DNA of 54,430 nucleotides, the filler included, from Circinaria calcarea (Eukaryota): NCBI GenBank assembly GCA_051942165.1. It is 4 parts of 4 records of this genome, joined end to end, with 100 filler letters (N's around TTAATTAATTAA, not from the genome) between each part and the next. Parts side by side here need not be neighbours in the genome. Positions count along the whole stretch, not along the records: positions 40,920 to 54,430 come from JAVECS010000490.1; 3 more parts are not named here. One strand, 5' to 3'. A program made the position numbers and the translations under genes. Positions 47,550 through 54,430 of the stretch are shown here, piece by piece. How positions within the stretch are numbered: position 1 is the stretch's first letter; each line of letters begins with the position of its first letter. The notes below the pieces were generated by a model. The model did not search any database and was not told the origin of the DNA. It saw nothing but the letters and a program-made list of their open reading frames with translations.

Positions 47550-48620
47550 ATGCCTGGACTTCCAGGTTGGTCCTAAATTGCACTGGAACGTGAGCGCCGC
47601 TGATGTTTTGTACAGCTAGTGTTGATCTCGACCAATGCATTGAACGACTTTACAAGAAAGAACTGCTTGCCGATACCGTTGTAGAAGCAATATGCGCCAA
47701 AGCCAAAGAACTGCTCATGAAAGAAAGCAACGTCGTACATATCTCGGCACCAGTCACGGTTGTTGGAGATATACACGGGCAGTTCTTTGACATGATAGAG
47801 ATTTTCAAGATTGGGGGTTTCTGTCCGGATACCAATTATCTTTTCCTTGGTATGAGAGTGATCCAAGGTTGGGAGGATATAGTTGCTCATATGCTTTTTA
47901 GGAGATTATGTGGACCGCGGTCTGTTCAGCGTCGAGACAATATCTCTGCTTGTTTGCTTGAAGCTCCGATACCCAAACCGTGTCACCCTCATTCGCGGAA
48001 ACCACGAATCACGTGGCGTTACTCAGTCTTATGGCTTTTATACCGAATGCTCCCGGAAATACGGTAACGCAAACGTGTGGCACTACTTCACCGACATGTT
48101 CGACTTCCTTACTCTCAGTGTGGTCATCAATGACCAGATCTTTTGTGTTCATGGTGGTTTATCCCCATCAATTCACTCAATAGACCAGATAAAGATAATT
48201 GACCGTTTCCGTGAGATTCCACACGAAGGACCGATGGCAGATCTCGTGTGGTCGGATCCAGACCCTGAGAGAGATGAGTTTTCGCTTTCTCCCCGTGGTG
48301 CAGGCTATACTTTTGGCGCTCAAGTTGTCAAGAAGTTCCTTCAAGTTAACTCGATGTCTCACATATTACGGGCCCATCAGCTATGCCAGGAAGGGTATCA
48401 GGTTCTCTACAACGATCAACTGAGTACGGTATGGAGTGCACCAAACTACTGCTACCGGTGCGGGAACATGGCAAGCGTACTGGAAGTTAGTGATACCAAT
48501 GAGCGATACTTTAATATTTTTGACGCCGCCCCGGAAAACGATCTTCATCGAGGAGAACAGCAACAGCAGCAAAATCAGGGTAAAGACGGCCAGGGTGTTG
48601 TGGTAGAGTATTTCCTCTAA
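47550..48620 (+). CDS. PPG1: PP2A-like Ser/Thr phosphatase Ppg1; join(47550..47565,47616..47849,47902..48620)
   Basis: [47 protein letters not shown] and C-terminal [13 protein letters not shown] is characteristic of Ppg1. Confidence 0.9.
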
Positions 48621-48910
48621 GATACCAATCATGAAGCGTGGCGTTGTCGGATATTAGGATAGCTGTCGAGCATTTGTGGTGTTCTGGATTTGGTTCATGT
48701 GGATACGTCCAGATGGTCTCAGTAGAGCCTAGCACATTTCTTTTCAGATGGTACAGGTGGACGTAAAGGATAGAGCGCAGACATATTGCGTTTCTTTAAT
48801 GGACCTAGCTACGAATAGTGAGACGTTTGGGACCCAAGGCATATCTGCGTCCACAAGCACGAAAGCATGCCTTAAGGCCGCTAAAGTCAAGTCTATTTAG
48901 ACCCGTGCCA

Positions 48911-49920
48911 CTATTTCCAGTCCTTGGCAATGTCAAAAGACCATTCGAACTTTAGGTGTGTAACGTTGTCATCGTCGACGAATTTTGAAACGGCATCATA
49001 GTGACCCCTGGCCATCATTCCTGACGGTGCTTCATCCTGCGTGACTACGAGAATGGTTAGGGCACCGGAATCCGCAAACGAGTATCGACTTACACTTCTT
49101 CTCATACGAGGGCTTGTCAACGGTATTCGGCGAATACGACCCCTAATCCACGCACCCTCAATTAGCATATGCGGTCAATTCTCTCCTGCCTGTTGATTTG
49201 CACTGCGAGCGACTCACCAGCATCTCCTCGTCCTTGGCCACCCGAATCCCCTTCCTCTTCACCACCGTCAGATACTTCAATCCACTCAGGACATCATGCT
49301 GAACCCTGAACACCGCTTTCATCCGAAACACCGCCCCTTCTTTGATGACGAAAGGTTTCGACTTCAAGGACTCGAGAGTGCCCGGGGCCGTCAGGTCCAC
49401 TATTAAGTCCGGACGGCCTTCGACTTCGAGGGCGAGCGACAGAATGATACAGCGGCGTTTGTCTGAAGGGTCGACGGCGAGGGGTGCGGAGGCGGAGATT
49501 CCGAGAGAGGCTTTCCAGCGGTTGAGGGATTCATCTTGTTGGTCTGACGGATAAGGAGTTTAGCCAATCATTGTCCTGCTTGGTTAGGAAGGAAATTAAA
49601 GTCCCGATTGAAAGAGAGGGAAGACGGGCATGAGCAGTAAGGACACAAGGCTGAACGATTGAATATGTAGACATTGGCAAATTGCACTTGTCAAGGAATT
49701 GGATTCTGTCACTATCAATTGTACACATAGCTTTCTGCACATTCAATCCAAGCCCCCTATTGAATCCAGTGATGGTGCTGTCAATGAGAGACCGGACCAG
49801 TAGCCCTTGAATCAAGCCCTACCTACCTAACTTAGCATATTCTTCGACCGTCTTCTTCTCTCCCACCTTGAAACCTTCGGTCGTGGAAGCCACCAGGTCA
49901 TCTTCTGCTTGACTTGCCAT
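48911..49920 (-). CDS. RDI1: Rho GDP-dissociation inhibitor, four exons
   Basis: TEGFKVGEKKTVEEYAKL|DQQDESLNRWKASLG, FVIKEG, DVLSGLKY, EAPSGMMARGHY..SKFVDDD...FEWSFDIAKDW. Confidence 0.96.
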
Positions 49921-50763
49921 GCTGGGATGATATGGAGAGTATGTTCAGATCTGTGCTAGGATGTTGTTGGATGTACTCGGTAGGTACTGTACAAGAAGAG
50001 GGATCACTCTACCGTGGCGGGGTCTGGTTGCATTTCGCTTCGTCCTGCATGCCGCTTCAGTCGCGGTACTGATGAAAAGGAACGACAATTGATTGTCTTG
50101 AGTTCACCCTCATGAATAAGGGAGTCATTGTTGGAGTAGACAATAGTCGCAAGACCACAGATTGGCGTGATACCTGTGTTTCTACCCAGGAACCCCTCAA
50201 AGACGGCAGCCTTGGGCTTCTTTCGATATGGATCATCACTGGTCATGTTGCGAGATATCTCTATTATAGGTAGACTTAAAGCATCCCTACACCAAATCAA
50301 TCTTCTACAGGAGTGCCAGCCACTCTCGGGCGTCGAGTCGATACAATACTTGGCTCCGTGCTCACGTCTGTACAGAGTACACAAAGTGGCTGAATCTTGT
50401 GACGTTATCGCGATCCCCCCCCGAGTAAATTGCGACCAGCCATCTTTTGGAAAGCTATGACCAGCCACCATTTTGCATTTTGCCGAAAGCGTAGACGGAA
50501 CTCCAACTGCGACAGCTCATTACTGCATCACTCCTCTGTCAATCTTTTACCTCCTACCCAGACCACAACCAAGCAACAGTGACATTACTATCGTCTCTAG
50601 CGAATCGCATCATGACACAGACAGTCAAGTGTAACTGAAGATATCCTCTCGGAACCATCAATCACTGTCAACGCGCTTATCCCTCGCGACATCGCGCGAC
50701 CCCATAGTTTGCTGGATATCTCTTCATCCTCCCGCGCATTTCCACTATCGCTGTGTCGCTGCA

Positions 50764-52248
50764 ATGGCGCAAGAAAGAGTCCTGCCGAAGAAGAGAAATC
50801 CGCTCCTCGCGCCCGACAAGACCCCCGAGCGTCAGATGCCTCCCCATCGCATGGGAACGACTTGTGCTGACATGCCTTTCTGCAGATTCCGAGCTTGTTG
50901 CCAAAAGACGACTCGGCCAAACCCATTTGGCAGTCAAGCCTGGTCAAGTGGGGACGTCGAATGCGACGAAGCCAGAAAACTTAGGAATGTTCGACTACGC
51001 CCATCTACGAGCGCCCCTACCAGAGAACCTGAAAAGCTCGGAAATCTTTGCTCCCCAGCCAAAGCAACCCCATCCAGAGGCTTACTTTCTAATGGTACGT
51101 TCAACAAACGACAGTCGACACCGCACGCGGGCTAATCGCTTGTCCCCCGATCAGAGAAGAAGCAGTGACGGTTATGTCAGTGCGACGGGGATGTTCAAGG
51201 CTAGCTTTCCGTGGGCAAAACACGCGGAAGAGCAAGCGGAGCGCATGCACATCAAGGGTCTACCCATCACTAGTCACGACGAGGTGGCTGGCAACGTTTG
51301 GATCCCCGAGGACTATGGTAGGTACTGTCATCTAATCTAATATCATACGGTGCTGATTTACTTTCCAGCTCTTGAACTTGCCGAGGACTATGGCATAGGA
51401 CCATGGATTAGGGCACTTCTCGATCCGGCGCCTGTTTCTAGCGGTGGAGACGATAAGAAATCTATTTCTCCGCCGCCTAAATTTATATTCAAAGCCAACG
51501 GTGATACCTCCTTACCACCCCCAAGCGCAACTCCACGCGGTAGAGGCCGTCCGCGAGCAAGATCGCCGAGTAAAATTGCTGCGCCTACGAAAGCTCTTTC
51601 GCCAAGGAAACCACGTCCTAGCCATACCAAGTCATCCAAGCGAGCTAATGCCTCATCTGGTGAAGCCGCTAGGTCATCCTTGCAACCATCTATAGACGAT
51701 GGTGCGTCTAGGGCTGATACCGAATCTGCGGATGAAGAAAGGCACGACGAGATTCACGAAGTCGATCAAAAGGACAAGGTGGAGGAATCTGACAAGTCCG
51801 AGGAGAAAGTTACTGTCGAGGTAGACTCCACAATCGAAGTAAATGGAGACACCGAGACGACTCACACTAAACTTACGGTCGAGATGCCATCGGGAAACCC
51901 TAATCTCCCCCTGCCGGAAACCACCGAAGAGATGATCACCCGGGCAAAGGAGATGGTGGAAGAGGCACGGAAACTGGAGGGCGAGTCGTTGAGGAGTGGC
52001 ACCAAGCGGAAGGCAGAAGAGCTGGACGATGATGATGATGAAGAGGAAGATGAGGAAAAGGACAAGGAATTGCAACCGGCCAAGAAGGCGAGGCTTCTGG
52101 AAAAGGAGCTCAAGAAGCAAAGGGTCCGATCGAGAGCTCTTATCGGAATTGCGGCAACGTTAGCCATTGGGTCAGTCCTACAATTCTCTATGGAACGAGA
52201 CGCTGTTGCTGACTTCTTCCCAGGGCCTTCATTCCTTATGTAATCTGA
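50764..52248 (+). CDS. BQT4: APSES/KilA-N-domain inner nuclear membrane protein (Bqt4-like); introns 50831-50885, 51095-51154, 51318-51368, 52171-52223
   Basis: RRLGQTHL..GTSNATKPENLGMFDYAHLRAPLP, YFLM|RRSSDGYVSATGMFKASFPWA, AGNVWIP...ALELAEDYGIGPWIRALLD, C-terminal TM ALIGIAATLAIGAFIPYVI*. Confidence 0.85.
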
Positions 52249-53058
52249 GTTTCAGAGATCGATGAGGTGACGGCTTCTTGATGGACATGAGGAGTGGCTC
52301 GAGCTGGGAGCGATTGAATCTCACACTACTTCTGTCTGGTTCAATACCCGTTTCTTCTCTATGATGTACCACGGTGTGACTTGGAGGCGTTGGGAGCTGG
52401 ATCTGTAGCGCTCACAGCTTCCTCAAGTAGCCTTGGGTGGGGTGGGTAGGCGGCGGCTTCCAACTTACTGGCAATCCTGTACTCCAGTTGGATAAGTCGG
52501 TGCATATCGGCCTTAGCCGCGCGGAGGATGTGCTTAGCCCAAGGGCAGCGGTTGCATTCGCTACCGAAATATGAATGATAATCTCTACATGATTTCATTG
52601 ATATCCCGAGTGGGCATGGCCCCACCGTAATGGACTGTTGTGTATGTGATCGAATCGTCTCCGCTATCTATCGGTTGCCCTACCCGTCAATCGGTCCCCC
52701 CTTATCTGAGTTTAGCTCAGCGTGGACCCTTGGACCCTGAAACCCCCCATCGGCATGGCACGCACAGTTACACTGCAGCTGTTTGATATAACTGATGAAA
52801 AGCAAAAGGGAAGCCTGCTTCTTCCCCATCCTGCGAACCCGGCCCCTATTCGGCCCTTCCATTCGGGCACTCCATAAGCGCGGCAATGTCGGGTCTTATC
52901 GGGCAGACTGTCGCGCGACCCACATCTGCTATCAACAAGCGGTTTTCCTCCAGATCCACTATGGTGCACCTTCCCCATTTCTCCACATGAACCTACCCCA
53001 CACACGTATAATAATACATACACCTCTCCACTGACTCTGGTTGCATCTACCGGTGACC

Positions 53059-54430
53059 ATGAGGGCTGTCATTTCTGTCCGTTTGTCGCCTTCGAAGCTT
53101 CGTCTGTTGGGCAATGGCGGTACAGGTACAGCGTCGATAGTATCCAGGAGGACTTTCGCAACGAGTGGGTCGAGATGGGCTACGTGGGGGTTTGTTGGTC
53201 TGGGCCGGATGGGTAAGTCTTCCTCGATTGGCATACTTATAGTTCTTATCCTCTAACATGACCGTGGAAGTTCATGGAACGCATGCTGACTACCTCTCTG
53301 TTAAATAGGATATCCAATGGCCAAGAACCTGCAGTCAAAGATCCCCAAAGGCGATACACTTCTCATCCATGACCGTAATGCAGAATCCACCGCCCAATTT
53401 GTCCAGAAAGTCGGATCTGGTACCCAGACGGAAGGAATGGGAGCCGAAGTCGAGGTCCTTGGCACCCCTAGAGATGTAGCAGAAAGAGCTGTAAGTCCAC
53501 CCAATTTACCCTCTTCACACAACTATCCTCTACATGATGAGTATGTTCTATCGATGATCTAAGTTGGGAGCATGGCCTCAAAACCGGCTCTTTCCATGAA
53601 TATACAAATTTTTCTACATCAAAGCCAATCCTCTGAATCTTCCACCTATCTTTCAAATCCTCATTCACAACTACCTTTCAAACTCCATTCTAACAAGCCA
53701 TCCTAACCAGTCTACGATAATTACCGTCCTCCCTGGCCCTTCCCACGTCAGAAACGTCTTCCACTCTATCCTCGCAGGCCCTCTTCCCCCAACCGCCCAC
53801 CGCTCCGAACGCCTCTTCATCGACTGCTCCACCATCGACCCGGCCTCTAGCCGTGAAGTCGCCAACGCAGTTCACTGCACCAACCAAGGCCGTTTCGTCG
53901 ACGCTCCCATGTCAGGCGGGGTAGTCGGTGCCCGTGCTTCCACACTTACATTCATGCTAGGCGCGAGTTCGCGCTCGGGCCAACTAGTCGAAAGAGTGAA
54001 ACCAATCCTCCACCTTATGGGAAAGCGGGTAGTCCACCTGGGGGAACAAGGGAATGGACTCAGCGGCAAACTAACAAATAACTACCTCCTAGCCATCTCC
54101 AACCTCGCCACCGCCGAAGCCATGAATCTCGGCCTCAAACTCGGCCTCGATCCGCTCAAGCTCGGTGAACTCATCAACAGCAGCAGCGGCCGCTGCTGGA
54201 GCTCCGAGGTCAACAATCCCGTCCCCGGCGTCAGTCCCGGAGCGCCGGTGGAACACGACTACGAGGGCGGGTTTAGCGTCGGCTTGATGAAGAAGGATTT
54301 GGGGCTGGCGATTACGGCAGCGGGGGAAGTGGGCGCTAGGCTGGAGTTGGGGGAGTGGGCCAAGGGGGTTTATGGGGATGTGGAGGAGGTGGAGGCGGGA
54401 AAGGATTTTTCGGTTGTTTATCGGTGGTTG
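53059..54430 (+). CDS. HIBADH: Mitochondrial 3-hydroxyisobutyrate dehydrogenase, 3' truncated; join(53059..53212,53309..53490,53711..>54430)
   Basis: Presequence, WGFVGLGRMGYPMAKNL, FIDCSTIDP, FVDAPMSGGVVGA..LTFMLG, KLTNNYLLAISN, SSGRCWSSEVNNPVPG, YEGGFSVGLMKKDLGLA. Confidence 0.95.
53530..53640 (+). ncRNA. Candidate intron-encoded box C/D snoRNA
   Basis: Inside an oversized 220-nt intron (53491-53710): box C ATGATGA 53534-53540, D' ATGA 53554-53557, C'-like ATGAATA near 53596, box D CTGA 53633-53636. The guide segments look complementary to LSU rRNA. Confidence 0.72.

Overview
Intron-containing fungal (Pezizomycotina-type ascomycete) DNA. The window is not one locus: four ~13.5-kb contigs (1-13586, 13687-27204, 27305-40819, 40920-54430) are joined by artificial 100-nt spacers (N44-TTAATTAATTAA-N44), so adjacency across spacers is meaningless. 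Contigs 2-4 are mostly core genes: group II PLP decarboxylase, KEL3-like kelch protein, SGS1/RecQ, SWR1, NDUFB8, a Munc13-like C2 protein, NECAP, a Q/P/Y-rich zinc-knuckle protein, PPG1, RDI1, BQT4 and 3-hydroxyisobutyrate dehydrogenase. Contig 1 carries a LEA-like gene and RPS8, then about 10 kb of accessory-looking DNA: a probable pseudogene, an intronless epoxide-hydrolase-like gene, a secreted Kex2-site preproprotein with two Cys-rich modules (toxin-like), a palindromic repeat array, a stand-alone tandem-WW protein and a HeLo-pseudokinase (MLKL-like architecture). Non-coding highlights are a candidate intronic box C/D snoRNA in the HIBADH gene and structured introns in RPS8 and RDI1. Exon boundaries were read by eye; homology calls come from motif recognition, not database searches.
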